DNA of 64,000 nucleotides from the human T2T-CHM13v2.0 reference genome, Homo sapiens, in assembly GCF_009914755.1 (NCBI RefSeq), contig NC_060928.1; one strand, given 5' to 3'. Below the pieces are notes generated by a model. The model was not told the origin of the DNA and did not search any database. It saw nothing but the letters and a program-made list of their open reading frames with translations. Positions 43,880 through 59,018 of the stretch are shown one piece after another; the first letter of the stretch is position 1; each line of letters starts with the position of its first letter. A program made the position numbers and the translations under genes.

Positions 43880-44330
43880 GAAACGACGGCAGGGAAGATG
43901 CCTGACCCTCAAAACAAAAGCGCGCATCCTACCGGGGCAATGGGCCCCGTGGGATGAGGTTCAGGGCCGCTGTGGGGCGGGCAGGTGAGGCACAGAGAAG
44001 GGCTCACCCAGCCTCCGAAAGGCAGCCATTCCCTTTTCTCAGTGTCCTGCTAAACCTGGAGCCGGGTCGCCCCAGCATCTTCCAGTGGCAGATGGGGAGG
44101 AGCAGCACGCACCGCGAAGGTGTCCACGGCCAAGGTCGGGCGCCCGGGCCGCCCAGGCACTGCGGCGGGGACGAGCGGCCAGGAGGCAGCTCAGCGTGGA
44201 ACTGTAGCCCCGCCGCCCCCGCCCCCCCCCGCCTGGGCTTTTTAGATAAAATCCAGGACTTCATGGACATTTCCCGCATGGGACCGTTTCAGAGTCATTT
44301 GCTCATCCCACGAGTTTTTACTGCGCATCT
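43880..44330. promoter_or_regulatory. Small CpG island / GC-rich element
   Basis: Abrupt GC- and CpG-rich stretch with GC boxes (GGGGCGGG at 43974; CCCCGCC runs at 44207-44232) in an otherwise CpG-depleted window. Confidence 0.7.
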
Positions 44331-44918
44331 ACAATGGGGTGCACAGTGTCCCCTCGGCACTGGGGAGAGGCAGGGAACAGGTGGAGAAGTCTCCCTTTTT
44401 CCTGGAGCTTAGACTTCAGAGGAGAGAAGAAGAAGATGAGTAAGCAACTAAGCAAACAAGATAATTTTAGACAGTGATGTGTTCTGTGAAGAAAAGAAAT
44501 GGGAAGAATGTGACGGAGAGGACTGTGAGGAACCTACTTTCCACTGGGATGCAGGGAGGCCCCTCTGCCGAGGGGATGTAGGTTTAAAAAAATTAATGCT
44601 AAAATTCTATATTTTCAATGTCAACAATATTTTGTGGGAAACATTGATACCATTTAAAAAGATCTGATTATTTAGAATCTGTGGCAGTTTTTTTTGTCGT
44701 TGTTGTTACTGTGGTTGTTTGTTGTTTTTATTGTTTTTAGATTAGGCAACAGTTTAAAAAATCTGTTCAACAGGGGTTGTGGAAGAATGTGCCGTTTGGG
44801 ATAGAGCCTAGGGAGGAAAACAAATGTTGTTCTCCTGAAGAGCAAGGAAGGGCTAATGCAGACAGAAGATGATGCTAATAAAATATCATTAAGGCTTATT
44901 TCGTTACAGCTATTATGA

Positions 44919-45242
<324 letters not shown>

Positions 45243-47220
45243 TGAATGAACTAAGTCCAGAAAGCGAGGGCTTCATTTTTCTCTAACCATTGCCTTACAA
45301 CAAAGTTCTGTTGGATCTCCTCCCAACATCACTCCTGAATCTTGGGCAGATACCATAAATTTTAGTGACAAATCTCACTTTAATCATTGCACCTCTATTT
45401 AAGGGATTAAAATGTCCAGGCCAGTCCAATTTAACAGCAATCTCACACCTCATTCAAAAATCTGCTTGGCCTTCCTTGCAGTGAAATGAAGAAGGCATAT
45501 AGTCAGTTTCTTTACTCTTCCTCCATTGTCTCTGTCTTCTCTATATTCTAGATGTCCCTATGCCATTGCAAGGGAAGAGGGTATTACACAAAGAGGAGCA
45601 GATCTTCCTGTAGTTAACTATTGAATAAGGCAGACAGGCCAGCATGATCCTGCCAGCTGCTATGGCAGAGTCCAAATGCTGGCTTTTTCATAGGGCACAT
45701 CTGTGAGTTATTGGAGGGCCTTGAGTGTACCCCACATTGCACAGTTCCATGATGCAGGGCCACATTATCTGGCTGACCTCTTGCAGCAACCTCCACCCCA
45801 AACCCCTCTTCTGCCTAACCCCGTGTCCTCTTACTGCTATAGTTTCTTTGCACAACAGGCTACCCTGTTGGCTGATATCCCGTCATGACAATGCAAGCCC
45901 AGCTACTCTTCCATAGTCAAAGCCATGTGAAGAAATTCACATCCTTTTACCATGTCAATAATGGGAGGGCAGGTTGCTATCAGTGCTTCTCTTCTCTCAT
46001 CCTGCCATTTTGGGTGCTCAAGCCAACCTTTCACCTCCTGAATTCCCCAGGGGGGAAGAACTCATCTATTCATTCAACAAATATTCATCAAGCACTTGTA
46101 TTTGCCAAACACTATTTACCAGTCTCTGTGTTCCCAGTGCCCACCCTCATCCCAAACTCCAGCAAACACTCATCAAGCTCTTCCAAGAATTCTCAAGCCA
46201 CACCACATCTGCTGCACTGAACCTGTGTGCTCCTGTTACTCTGCAAGCTTTCAGTCTTGGAGTGGGATGCCAGGCTACCTTCTACCATGCTGAGTCCCTC
46301 ACACTTGTCTGCAAGAAATTCAAAGCAATCTCCCTATGGCCTAGAACCTCCGCTTAATGACTCTTTAATCACGCTTTTGACTCTAGTCTTCTAGAGATGG
46401 ATAATACGGACTGGGAGTCATTGGTCTCTTTCTGCTCTTTTGATAAGTCCAGACTGGCTGTGTCTAGTATCATGTTGGTGCAGTTACTGTCTTTCGTCAG
46501 CTTTGAGCCTTTAGCCAGAATTCTAAGACAACCAGAAAAGTCCCATTCAATATCCAGCTGCAAATAAATTTGGCCGAGTTTTCTTGGAAAGCAGGTGGAT
46601 CCACGTCTTTCACCTCAACAGCTTATGATTAAGTCCATATATCCCTTTACATACATACACTATCAAGTCATGAGTCCTCATTGGTTAATTACATATTTGT
46701 GTAGCAGGATAAAAAATTAAATAAGCTATTACACATATGTGAAACAAAAGACTTTTTTATATGCCGTAGCTGATCTAATTTTTTCCCCAAGCCCCAGACT
46801 TGAAGAGAATGATGACACTGACCCAAAGACCAATATGATTCACAGGGCACTCCGAGGACTGGTGCATATGATGCTGAAGTTGACTGTTCCCTTGCTGCCA
46901 TGAAGCCATATAAACTCTTGCTCACAACAGAATCCATTTGGGAAAGCAGAGTGGAGAGGAGCTGAAAAACTGAGCATTTACTCAAAAGAGACTGTTTCAA
47001 TTTGAAACATAATGATTAAACCAGAAGAGACTGGGCTGTCTCTAACTGGCAGGCTAACCTCACCGCCTAGCTCAGTTCCCCAGATGAAACATTGTTTTTG
47101 TTAAGTCTTTCCTGAAGGCATGAGGATAATGGAGGCACCTCCAGACAGTTACTTACGACTGTACTATTCACCATCATCCAAGTAAATAATGGTTTCTTAA
47201 GTTGAATTTCCTAAATTTTT

Positions 47221-49611
47221 TTAAGATTTCACATCATTGTTTTCAGTGACTAGTGTTAATTTCATATTAAAAGCGGCTCTAATGTTAGCCCAAAAGAGCC
47301 CACGTTTGCTTTTCTCCTTGGGCCACTGCAAATAAGTCCGCTGCGTCATGAGAGCCTTCAGCTTGTGGTACTTGTTGGGAATGCTGTTCTGTGGAATGGG
47401 TTCCAGTAAGATGAGGATTAAGTTATTAGATCCTTCATGAAAGAGATTGTGATGGGCAAAATAGAGTTCGTAATGGCACCACTCACTCTGGACAAAGTTG
47501 GGAGACAAAACAAAGATGGACTTGTAACTCTTCTCAATGCAGTTGATGATATTTTCCACAATGCTCTTGCCAGGGACAAAGTTTCTCTCATGAAGACAAA
47601 TCTGTATATCTTCTTTTTCTAGGTAAGGTACCAATTCACTTTTCACCCAGGCAGAATCATGTTCACTATATGAAATAAAAGCATGAAACTGGAGGTTTCT
47701 TTGGAGTTCTTCTAAGGGTATGTTCCTGGCCCTGCGCCGAGTCTGGGTCCACTGGCACACCATCCTGAGATACCAGGGCAGATCCAAGTAGATGCAGAGG
47801 GAGGTCACAGTCACAGCCAACACCAGCATGGTGGCACCGATGGTGACGATCAGCAGAGTTATGTTGCAGGATAATTCAGACATGTGAAAGTCCTTTAGTG
47901 GGCTTCCTCTATAACTTTCTGGGTAGTCACACTTATAAGAATCAGGCCAGCCCTCTAACACTTCACTTGATACTTGGTCTATATTTTTGACAAATTCTCT
48001 TAGCTCACAGGTACATTGGAATGGATTGTCCCCTGCTTTTATTGACCTCATCTTCTGGCAGCTCTGGAAGAAATCAGCCGATGGGTGGGAAACTGAATTG
48101 TGATCAATGATCAATACAGAAAGGCTGCTAAAGCTGCCACATCCAGGAAGGTCAGTTAAAGAATTGAAAGCAACATTGAGTTCTTGCAAAGCTTCCAGTT
48201 TTACGACTTGTTTAGGAACGCTCTTTATTTTATTGCTGTGAAGATCAAGTACCTTGATCCTGGGAGGTAAACATCTGAAAACAGAGTCAGTAAGCATATT
48301 TGAAGACAAATTTAACACCACTATACTCTCAACCCAAGTGCAGTTTTCTTTATGTCTACCAGATTCCAAAGAATTCCAGCTAACATCCAGTATTTCCAAA
48401 GAAGGCATATCCTTCGTCATGAGACCTACTTTGAAAAGGTCTTTTAATCCATTCTTTTGTAAGATAAGTGTCTCCAATTTAACTAACGTGGAACATTTTT
48501 CAAAAATACTATCTGTGAAAACGTTCTGGGTAAAGTTCAAAAACTTGAATGTGCTTGGTGCATGAGGACACAGCATGTGTATAAAAGGTGTATCTGAAAT
48601 GGTTAACATCATAATGTTCATCTCAGAAAACACGGTGTACAAAGCTGTCTGTGAAAACAGAAAAACTTGGTTCGTGATATGTTCTATTGTCAATGCTTTC
48701 AATGTCGTTTTAGAATAAGTAAAATCTTCTTCACGAATGCTTTCAATTATTGTTAAATTGTAAATATTGAGATATTCCACAGGTTTGGGCCAAAGAAATT
48801 GAAAGACTCTGACCAGGCATTTCCAAGTCGTTTCTATGTGGTTGAGGGTAAAATTCAGTAAGGTTGGACCTCTGGTGAGTTCTGATAAAAATTTAATGAA
48901 AACTTGACAGTTGTCATCATTCAATTTAATATTAGTCAGTTGTAAGCACCCTAAAGTATTAACTGATATGTTCACTTGGATAGCGAATAAACTAGTTGGG
49001 TGAAAAACAAGGTGAAGGGTTTTTGCATTCAGAATTTGTAGACTTTCTGTCTCATTTTCTTTTATATAATAATTTCTTAAATCCAGAAGGATATAACTTA
49101 GATGCAAGTGAGCAATTGGCAGCAAATCTAATTTTTGCAGCTTCATAGCACTCAATCCCAAGAAATTCAGTTGTGATAAGTTGCCAAATTCCTTACAGAT
49201 GGGCAGGGCCTTGAAATCATTGAATGAGAGATCTAAATGCCTGAAACTCACAATAGGATGGCAGGATATCTTTTGCAACTGATTATGAGATAAATCCAAA
49301 TATTCTAAATCCTGGTTGAACTTGAAAACACTTAAATCAAGTAGCTGGATTCTGTTATGGGAAAGTCTCAAAACTGTCAACTCTGATAGAAAGCTCATGT
49401 CAGAGACCTGAAGCTCAGCGATGTAGTTCTGAGACATATCTAAGACTTTGGTTTTCAGCGGTAGGTCTTTTGGAACATGAATAAGACCTCTTTTTGACTT
49501 GTCTACTGCAAATTCATTTCCGTCGGAGAACTGGATTCTGGTTCCAACTATTATGATCATAAGGCAAACAAAATGGAAGCTTTTAACAATAGGTTCTTTG
49601 TCTTTGGTCAT
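47221..49611 (-). CDS. TLR6: Toll-like receptor 6 (796 aa); intronless CDS
   Basis: Intact 796-aa [15 protein letters not shown]...ENNDVKS with the same domain architecture as TLR1. Channel-blocking F343 and F365, characteristic of TLR6, are present. Confidence 0.99.
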   Translation of the reverse strand: MTKDKEPIVKSFHFVCLMIIIVGTRIQFSDGNEFAVDKSKRGLIHVPKDLPLKTKVLDMSQNYIAELQVSDMSFLSELTVLRLSHNRIQLLDLSVFKFNQDLEYLDLSHNQLQKISCHPIVSFRHLDLSFNDFKALPICKEFGNLSQLNFLGLSAMKLQKLDLLPIAHLHLSYILLDLRNYYIKENETESLQILNAKTLHLVFHPTSLFAIQVNISVNTLGCLQLTNIKLNDDNCQVFIKFLSELTRGPTLLNFTLNHIETTWKCLVRVFQFLWPKPVEYLNIYNLTIIESIREEDFTYSKTTLKALTIEHITNQVFLFSQTALYTVFSEMNIMMLTISDTPFIHMLCPHAPSTFKFLNFTQNVFTDSIFEKCSTLVKLETLILQKNGLKDLFKVGLMTKDMPSLEILDVSWNSLESGRHKENCTWVESIVVLNLSSNMLTDSVFRCLPPRIKVLDLHSNKIKSVPKQVVKLEALQELNVAFNSLTDLPGCGSFSSLSVLIIDHNSVSHPSADFFQSCQKMRSIKAGDNPFQCTCELREFVKNIDQVSSEVLEGWPDSYKCDYPESYRGSPLKDFHMSELSCNITLLIVTIGATMLVLAVTVTSLCIYLDLPWYLRMVCQWTQTRRRARNIPLEELQRNLQFHAFISYSEHDSAWVKSELVPYLEKEDIQICLHERNFVPGKSIVENIINCIEKSYKSIFVLSPNFVQSEWCHYELYFAHHNLFHEGSNNLILILLEPIPQNSIPNKYHKLKALMTQRTYLQWPKEKSKRGLFWANIRAAFNMKLTLVTENNDVKS

Positions 49612-49675
49612 GATGTTGCAGTGGCTATCCTAAAGGGTTGTTCTTCTTCAGAGCATCTTGATATGAGTCCAAATT
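49612..49675 (-). other. TLR6: TLR6 coding exon: splice acceptor and 64-nt 5' UTR part
   Basis: Acceptor TTTCTAG|AATTTGG at 49676, homologous in position and sequence to the TLR1 acceptor. Confidence 0.8.
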
Positions 49676-50570
49676 CTAGAAATATAATATACACTAAGAT
49701 TAATAAAGATCGGATGGTTACTCTCAAACCTCCACTTACTAACCATAAAATCTAAATGATTTCTTCATTCACTAGTAGAGTCATTTCTGTCCCCATAATT
49801 TAATGTAATACTTTTTATAACCAGTTATATAGCTTGCTCATGCCAGAAGGGGCAATATAGGCCTTGTTATCAAAGAATTGTGGTTGTGTGTTTTGACCTG
49901 TCTGGTTGCTGCCTGAGGGATTCACACTCAGGGGCTTGCCTTTGTTTTGTACACCTTAGAACTTTCTCAGGGCTGGAACAGCCTTCTGGCTGGTGTTTGC
50001 TGTAAACAATTAAAGGCAAATATACTAGCTGCAGCCACCTGAGCAAGGGCTAACAGAGGGGGCAAGCAGCAGACACATCAAAAAGTCTGGGAAATATGCA
50101 AAGATATATGGAAAAAGATATGTGGGAGAAAAAAGGCTGAGGAAATCTCTGTATATACCAGGGAGTCCAGAAGTCCACTCACGTGCCCAAGGCTGGACGC
50201 ATGTTCAGAGGAGACCTGAGAAAATCCTAAACTTCACCTCTGGCTCATCTTTAGCTTCCATGCATGCAGAAAGTGAAGGCTAAAGCAGAGCTGTGAATAG
50301 ACTGGCTAAGCATTGAGAAAGTGATCCAACACAGCCAACCTGCAAAGATCAGGGGTGTTTTTGTTTTTGCTTTTGCTAGTTTATTTGGTTTTTGTTTTTG
50401 CTCCAGATGTTTAAAGAAATCTCAAGTTACTGGCTGACCACTAAGCTAACTGGACAGAAAATGTAATAGCCACACATGACAAAGAATAATCTTTATAAAA
50501 ATTATTTAGAAAAGTCATTAAACAAGCAACTATAAGCCACAAGAAGCAACAATACACCCTGGGAAAGGGA

Positions 50571-50909
<339 letters not shown>

Positions 50910-51199
50910 CTAGAGTTACCTCATTGTAGTGTTTAAAATGTCTGATTTAAAAAAATAAAAATCAAAACAAAATAATCACTAGCCCCCAGATTTGCCAGTG
51001 GACTTGCTCTATGTTTTGCCCTGAAATAACACAAACCTTGCAAAAAGCAAATGGAAAGAGATTGTTATCTTTTTGATTGTGTAACTTGGCATTAAAGGAA
51101 TCTCTAATTTATTTGTTTAAAAAAATTAGCCATGCAAAGAAACAGAAAGTATTGTTCATTCACAGGAAAAAAAAAAAAAGAAATTAAAAGAACAAAGCC

Positions 51200-52315
51200 A
51201 GATAACTGACACCACCTAACATTGAGACTTGCTACAAAGCTATAGCAATCAAGGCAGTGTGGTTTTGGTGAAAGAATAGACAAATAGGTCAAATGACCAG
51301 AATACAGAGCTTAGAAATAGACCCACAAAAAAATAATCAACTGCTGTTTGACAAACGAGCAAAGGCAACTCAGTGGAGAATGGATAGTCTTTTCAACAAA
51401 TGGTGCTGGAACAATTAGACCTCCACATGCAAAAAAAAAAAAAAGAAGAAGAAGAGAAAGAATTTAGACGCAGACCTTACAGTTTTCACAAAAATCAGCT
51501 CAAAATTAACCATAGACCTAAATGTATAATGCAAAACTATAAAATTTCCAGAAGATAACATAGGAGAAAATCTAGGTGACTTTGGATTTGGTGATGACTT
51601 TTGAGATACGCATCAAAAACATAATCCAAGAAAGAAAACACTGTTAAGTTGGACTTCATTAAAATTAAAATTTTTGCTTTGCAAAAGACTCTGCAAGAGA
51701 GTGAAAAAGACAAACCACAGACTGAGAGAAGATATTTGCAAAACCCATATATGATAGGGACTTGTATCCAAACTATGCAAAGAACTCTTAAGCTCCACAA
51801 TAAGAAAACAAACAACCTAGTTTTTAAATGGGCACAAAAATCTAAACAGACACCTCACCAAAGAAGATATGTAAAGAGCAAATACACATATACATAGCTA
51901 TTTGACATCATATTTCATCATGGTTTTGCAGATTAATACAGCAATGAAATTACATTACACTTATGAGAATGGGTAAAATCCAAAAACAACATCAAATGTT
52001 GGTGAGGATGTGGAGCAACAAGAACTCTCTTTCACTGTTTGTGGGAATGCAAAATGGTGCAGCCACTATGGAATGCAGTTTCTTATAAAACTAAGCATAG
52101 TCTTATCACACGATCCAGCAAATCACATTCCTGGGTATTTAACCAAAAGAACTGAAAATTTATGTCCACATAAAAGCCTCCATGTGGATGTTTATAGAAG
52201 CTTTATTCATAACTGTCAAACATTGGAAGCAACAAGATATCCCTCAATAGATAAAAATATTAACAAACTGGTACATTCACACAATAAAATACTATTGAAC
52301 AATTAAAAAATGAGC
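51200..52315 (+). mobile_element. Old L1M (ORF2 end/3' UTR), resuming at ~59305
   Basis: L1 ORF2 motifs (TTCAACAAATGGTGCTGG, GGACTTCATTAAAATT). Confidence 0.75.
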
Positions 52316-55300
52316 CGGAGAAGCATTAAAATGGCTGAATAGAGGCACCTAGCCCTCACCCCCTCTGCAAAGAAGGACCAAAACAGTGAGCAGATAATCA
52401 CACATTGAATGAGCATCTAAGAGAGAACACTGGAATTCAGCGGAGAAGTGACAGTGCACCTCTGAGGCATGGGAGAAGAGGGAAGTGAAGCAGCCAGCCC
52501 AGCTGGGACTAGCTCAGAACCAGGAGGAACTTCCCATTCCAGGGAAAGTTTAACTGAGAGATCTTCAGAGGTCAATGTTTCCACTATGGACTCCTGTAAT
52601 CCTAGCCATGAGCTAGCTCCTTGGCCTTCACATGCCCTGGGGCTGTCTGGAATATATGCAATCACATTGTTCCACAATGGGACTTCACATTGGGTCCCAC
52701 ATACCCCATACCCTGAGACCCAAACAGCTTCAGCATAAGGCTCTTTTAAGAGCCCAGCCCTCACCATACACATCCTGTTCTGGGGCCCAACAACCCTGAA
52801 TCTCCACACCCCTGAAGCCCCACTGATATTCTCCTACGTCCACCTAGAGGGCTACAGCATTGTAATGCCAGCTAAGATCAGCAGTGCAGCTAGGTCCCCA
52901 GCACTCTAGCCCATGCAATGCCCCGCATCCCAGGAAACAGGAAGCACAGTGCACCTAGTGGCTTTCCCTGGGACAAAGGGAGTCAAAGTGTGCATTCCCC
53001 AGAGCCTCAGAGTTACCTGCCCAGGGCCACCGCCACTTACAGCAACCCCATCTTCCCTAGCAGCAGGACTACGACACATCTACACATGCCTCCAAGGGGC
53101 CTGAGGACAGGTCCACCATGCCCTTTGCTGCTAGTGCCTGCCTGCCACTGCCATGGCAGGGCAGTGCCACACAGGGTGTGGCACATGCATGCCACACGGG
53201 GTCCTGAGGACTGGCTTGCCCAGCCTGCTGCTGCCTGTGTCTACCACTTGGGGGCCAGAGGGTTGGTCCACTTTTCCTACTGCTACAGTTAATGCCACAC
53301 AAATTGTGCAGGGGCCCAAGAACCTGCCCTCCCACTTGGTCCATTACTGCCACTGCAAGCATCCAACTAAATCTCCTGGAGGCTCAAGGACCCATCACCA
53401 CGAGTGCCCACATATTTCACACAGGGGCCTGAGAACCGGCAAGCCTAGGCCACTGCTGCCACCACTGTTGCCTGAGAACAGGCCTGCCTGGTGTCCCCAT
53501 CCCCAGCAAAGCCTTGCCATAGTGTCTGCTGACAACTGTAACCTAAGCCACTGAGGAACCCAAATGCCACTGACACTGATGACAGGTGAAGAAATCATAC
53601 AGAAACTACACTGCTGTGCCCACTCAGAATCAAAGCCAAAGCACCCTATACTCAACTAACACTATAAAAACACCTAGAGGCAAAAGTCTTTCCCTATCAA
53701 AGCCAATCCATAAAATTGGAAGCAGCAGCTATTACATCAGATCCATAGATATCAACATAAGGACACAAGAAATACAAAAGTGCAAGGAAACATGAAGCCT
53801 CCAAAGGAACACAATAATTCTCTAATAACAGATCTCAACAAAAAGAAAATCTATAAAATGCCTGAAAAGTAATTCAAAATAATGATACTAAAGAAACTCA
53901 GTGAGTTACAAGAGAGCATAGATAAATAATAAAAGAAATCAGAAAAATAATTTATGATCTGAGTCAGAAATTCAACAAAGAAATAGATATTAAAAATAGA
54001 ACAAAACAGAAATTTTGGAACTACAGAGGTCAATAAATGAAGTAAAAAAATATAATCAAGAGCTTGTACAAACAATAGACTAGGCCAGGTGCAGTGGCTC
54101 ACAACTGTAATCCCAGCACTTTGGGAGGCCGAGGTGGGTGGATCTCCTGAGGTCAGGAGTTCGAGACCAGCCTGGCCAAAATGGTGAAACCATATCTGTA
54201 CTAAAAAAAAAAAAAAAATCACAAAAATTAGTTGGGCGTGGTGGCAGGCACCTGTAATCCCAGCTACTTGCGAGGCTGAGGCATGAGAATTGCTTGAACC
54301 CAGGAGGCAGAGGTTGCAGCGAGCTGAGATTGCACCACTATGCTCCAGCCTGGGTGACAAGAGCAAAACTCCAGCTCAAAAAATATATATATATATAAAA
54401 TTAAAAATTAAAAATTAAAAAACAGTAGACTAGATTGAGCAAAATAAAGAATTTCTGAACTGGAAGACAGGTCTTTTGAAATAACCCAGTGAGGCGAAAA
54501 AAAAAAAAAAAGGAATAAAAAAGAATAAAGAAAGCCTATGGAACACCATTAAGCAAACAAAATTCACATTTTGGGAGTTCCAGAAGCAGAAGAGATAAGC
54601 AAAGGGATAGAAAACATGTTTAATGAAATAATAGCTAAAAACTTTCCAGGTCTTACAAGAGGTATAGACATCCAGATACAAGAAGCTTAAAAATTCCCAA
54701 GTAGATTTAATTCAAAAATGTTCTCTCTGAGGAAGATCACAGTCAAACTCTCAAAAGTTGAAGACTAAGACAGAATCCTAAAAACAGCAAGAAATAAAAA
54801 AAGTCAAGTCATATAGAAGAGACTCCCCATCAGACTAACAGATTTTTCAGCAGAAACTATAGGCCAGGAGAGAATGGGATAATATACTCAAAGTGCTGAA
54901 AGAAGAAACTGTCAACCAAGAAGACTATACCCATCAAAGCTGTCCTTCCATAATGAAGAAGAAATATTCTTTCCCAGACAAGCGACAACTGAGGGAATTC
55001 ATCACCACTAGACGAGCCCTACAAGAAATGCTTAAGAGAGTAGAACGTCTGGACGTGAAAAGATTATATCTACCATTATGAAAACACATGAAAGTATAAA
55101 ACTCACTAGTAGAGCAAATACATAAATGAAAGAGAAAAGAGTTGAAGTTACTACTACAGAAAACCACCAAAGTTCAATGATAAACAATGAGAGGAAGAAA
55201 GGAACAAAGGATATACAAAACAACCAGAAAACAATAAGCCAAATGACAGAAATAAGTCGTTACCTATCAGTGATAACCTTGAATGTAAAAAGATTAACTT

Positions 55301-58300
55301 CCTCACTTAAAAGATACAAACTAGCTGAATAGATTTTTTTTACTTACCCAACTATATGCTGCCTACAAGACATTCACCCCACCTTCAAAGACACATATAG
55401 ACTGAAATTGAAGGAAAGGAAAAAGATATTCCTTGCTAATGGAAACCAAAAGCAAGCAAGAATAGCTATACTTATCAGATAAAACAGACTTTAAGTATAA
55501 AACTATTAAAAAAGACAAAAAAAGCCATTATATAATGTTAAAGGGATCAATTCATCAAAAGGATATAACAATTCTAAGTATATATGTGCCCCACACAGGA
55601 ACATCCAGATATATAAAGCAAATATTATTAGATCAAAAGAGAGAGATAGACTCCAATACAATAATGGTTGGGAACTTCAACATCCCACTCTCAGCATTGA
55701 ACAGATCATTTAGACAGAATATCAGCAAAGAAACATTGGATTTAAACTGCACTTTAGACAAAATGGACCTAACAGATATTTACAGAACATTTCATCTGAT
55801 AGCTGCAGAGTACACATTCTTCTCATCAGTGCATGGAACATTGTTCAGAATAGACCATATCTTAGGCCACAAAACAAGTTTCAACAAAAGTTTTAAAAAT
55901 TGAAATCATATCAAGTATTTTCTCAGATCACAATGGAATAAAACTACAAATCAATAACAAGATGAACTTTTGAAACTGTATAAATACATGGAAATTAAAC
56001 AACATGCTCCTGAACAACCACTGGGTGAATGAAGAAATTAAATAGGAGGTAAAAAAGTTTCTTGAAAAAAATTAAAATGCAAATACAGCACACCAAAGCC
56101 TAGGAGACACAGCAAAAACAATGCTAAGATGGAAATTTATAGCAATAAATGCCTACATCAAAAAAGTAGAAAGATTTGAAATAAACAACCTAACAACGAA
56201 CCTCAAGGAAGCAAGAACAAATAGAAAAGCAAGAACAAACACTTTCAAATGTTAGGAGAAAGAAAGAAATACTAAAGCTCAGAGAACTAAACAAAAGAGA
56301 TATTTAAAAATAGAAAAGATCAATAAAACAAAAAAATTATTTTTTGAAAAGATAAACAAAACCAATAAACTTTTAGCTAGACTAACCAAGACAAGAAAAG
56401 AAAGAAGACCAAAATAAATAAAATCAGAAATAAAAAAGGAGACATTACAACTGATACCACAGAAATATAAAAGATCATTGGAGGCAATTATGAACACCTA
56501 TATGTTAACAAATTGGAAACCCTACAGGAAATGTATAAATTTCTGGATATATACAACCTACCAAATTTGAGCCTGGAAGAAATAGAAAAATCTGAACAGA
56601 CCAATAACAAGTAATAAGTTTGAATCAGTAATAAAACATTTCCCAACAAAGAAAATCTCAGGACTGGATGGCTTTACTGCTGAATTTTTAACAAACAATT
56701 AACACAAAGTTTTCTCAAACTATTCAAAAAAATTAAAGATGAAGGTATTCCTCCTAACTCATTCTACAAAGCCAGCATTTTCCTGATACCAAAACCAGAC
56801 AAGGACTGGGTGTGGTGACTCACACCTGTAATCCCAGAACTTTGGGAGGCTGAGGTGGGCAGATCACCTGAGGTCAGGAGTTCAAGACAAGCCTGGCCAA
56901 CATGGTGAAACCTTATCTCTACTAAAAATACAAAAAATTAGCCAGGTGTGTTGGCAGACACCTGGAATCCCAGCTACTCAGGAGGCCGAGGCATGAGAAT
57001 CACTTGAACCTGGGAGGCAGAGGTTGTAGTGAGCTGAGATTGTGCCACTGCACTCCAGACTGGGTGACAGAGTGAGACTCAGTCTCAAAAAAAAAAAAAA
57101 GAAAAAAGAAATCAAGAAAGCAATCTTATTTGCATAGCTACAAGACAATTACAATACCTAGGAATAAACTTAATCAAGAAGGCAAAAGGCCCCTACAACA
57201 AAAACTACAAAATACTGATGAAAGAAATTGAGAACACAAAAAAATGGAAAGACATCCCATGTTCATGGACTGGAAGAATTAACATTGTTAAAATGACCAC
57301 ACTACTCAAAGCAATCTACAGATCCAATGCAATCCCTATCAAAATACCAATGATATTATTTACAGAAATATAAAAAATAATCTCAAAATTCATATGGAAC
57401 CAGAAAACACCCCAAATAGCCAAATCAGTACTGAGGAAAAGGGGCAAAGCTGAAGGGATCACACTACTTGACTTCAAACGATACTGCAAAGCAAAAGTAG
57501 CATGGTATTGGTACAAAAACAGATACATAGACCAATAGAACAGAATACAGAACCCAGAAATTAATCCACATATTTACAGCCAATCAATTTTCAACAAAGA
57601 TGCCAACAACATACACTGGGGAAAGACCACTCTCTTCAATAAATGGTGCTGGCTTCATATTCACTCATATGTATAAGAATGAAACTAGACCCCTGTAAGA
57701 ATGAAACTAGACCCCTATCTCTCACCATATACAAAAATCAATTCAAAATGGATTACAGACTTAAATGTAAGACTTGAAAGTATAAAACTACTAAGAGAAA
57801 ACAGAAGAAATGCTTGAGGACACTGGTCTAGGTAAAGATCTTACGGCTAAAATTTCAAAAGTACAGGCAATGAAAATATGAATAGACAAATGGGACTACA
57901 TTAAACTAAAAACTTCTACACAGCACAGGAAACAATCAACAGGGTGAATAGATAACAGGGTTAAATGGGCGAAAATATTTGCAAACTATTCATCCAATAA
58001 AGACTAATAGCCACAATATACAAAGAACTCAAACAACTCAACAGCAAAAATAATAATAATCCTATGAAAAAGTAGGCATAGGATTTGAATAGACATTTCT
58101 CAAAAGAAGACGTACAAATGGCCAAGAGTTATATGAAAAAAATGCTCACCATGAATCATCAAGGAAGTGCAAATCAAAACCACAACGAGATATCATCTCA
58201 TTCTAGTTTAAATGGCTGTCATCAAAAAGACAATAAATAGCAAATGCTGGTGAGAATGCAGAGAAAAGGGAACTCTTATACACTGTTGGTGGGAATGTAA

Positions 58301-59018
58301 ATTAGTACAGCCATTATGGAGAACAGTACAGAGTTGTCTCAAAAAACTAAAAATAGAACTAACATACAATCCAGCAACCCCACTTCTGGATGTTTATCTA
58401 AAAGAACAGAAATCAGTGTATCAAAGGGATACCTGCACCTCCATGTTCATTGCAGCACTATCCACAATAGCCAAAATATGGAATCAACTTAACAGTCCAT
58501 CAACAGATGAATGGATAAATAAAATGTGATATATATACCCGATGGAATACCATTCAGCCATTTAAAATAATTAAATCCTGTCATTTGCAGCAATATGGAT
58601 GGACCTGGAGGTCATTACATTAGCAAAATAAGCCAGGCACAGAAAGGCAAATATTGTGTTCTCACTCATCTGTGGGAGCTAAAATACGCATCTCAGGAGG
58701 GTAGAGAGTAGAACAATAGTTACCAGAGACTAAGAGGTGAGTGAGGGAATGAAGAGAGGTTGGTTAATGGATAAAAACATACAGTTAGATAAAAAGAAAA
58801 AGTTCTAGTGTTCAATAACACAGTAGGGTGACTATAGCTAACAATAATTTATTGTATATTTCAAAACAGCTAGAAGAGAAGATCTGAAATGCTCCCCCAC
58901 CCACACACAAAATGATGTATGTTTGAGATGGTGGATATCCTAAATACCCTGATTTGACACACGGTATGTATGTGTCAAATATTGTAGTTACCCCATAAAT
59001 ATGTATAATTATTTTGTG
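52316..59018 (+). mobile_element. Near full-length degenerate L1 (L1MA/L1PB-like): GC-rich 5' UTR, ORF1, ORF2 endonuclease remnant, 3' UTR
   Basis: ORF remnants MLKGSIHQKDITILSIY...RIDHILGHK (APE endonuclease) and ORF1 C-terminus, with many stops and frameshifts; nested Alus at ~54082-54381 and ~56803-57108. Confidence 0.9.

Noticed and set aside
43954-44412. 152-aa ORF
   Set aside because: Expected in stop-poor GC-rich DNA; no recognisable domain.
55535-55903. Endonuclease-like ORF as an active L1
   Set aside because: The surrounding ORF2 is riddled with stops and the RT core appears deleted.
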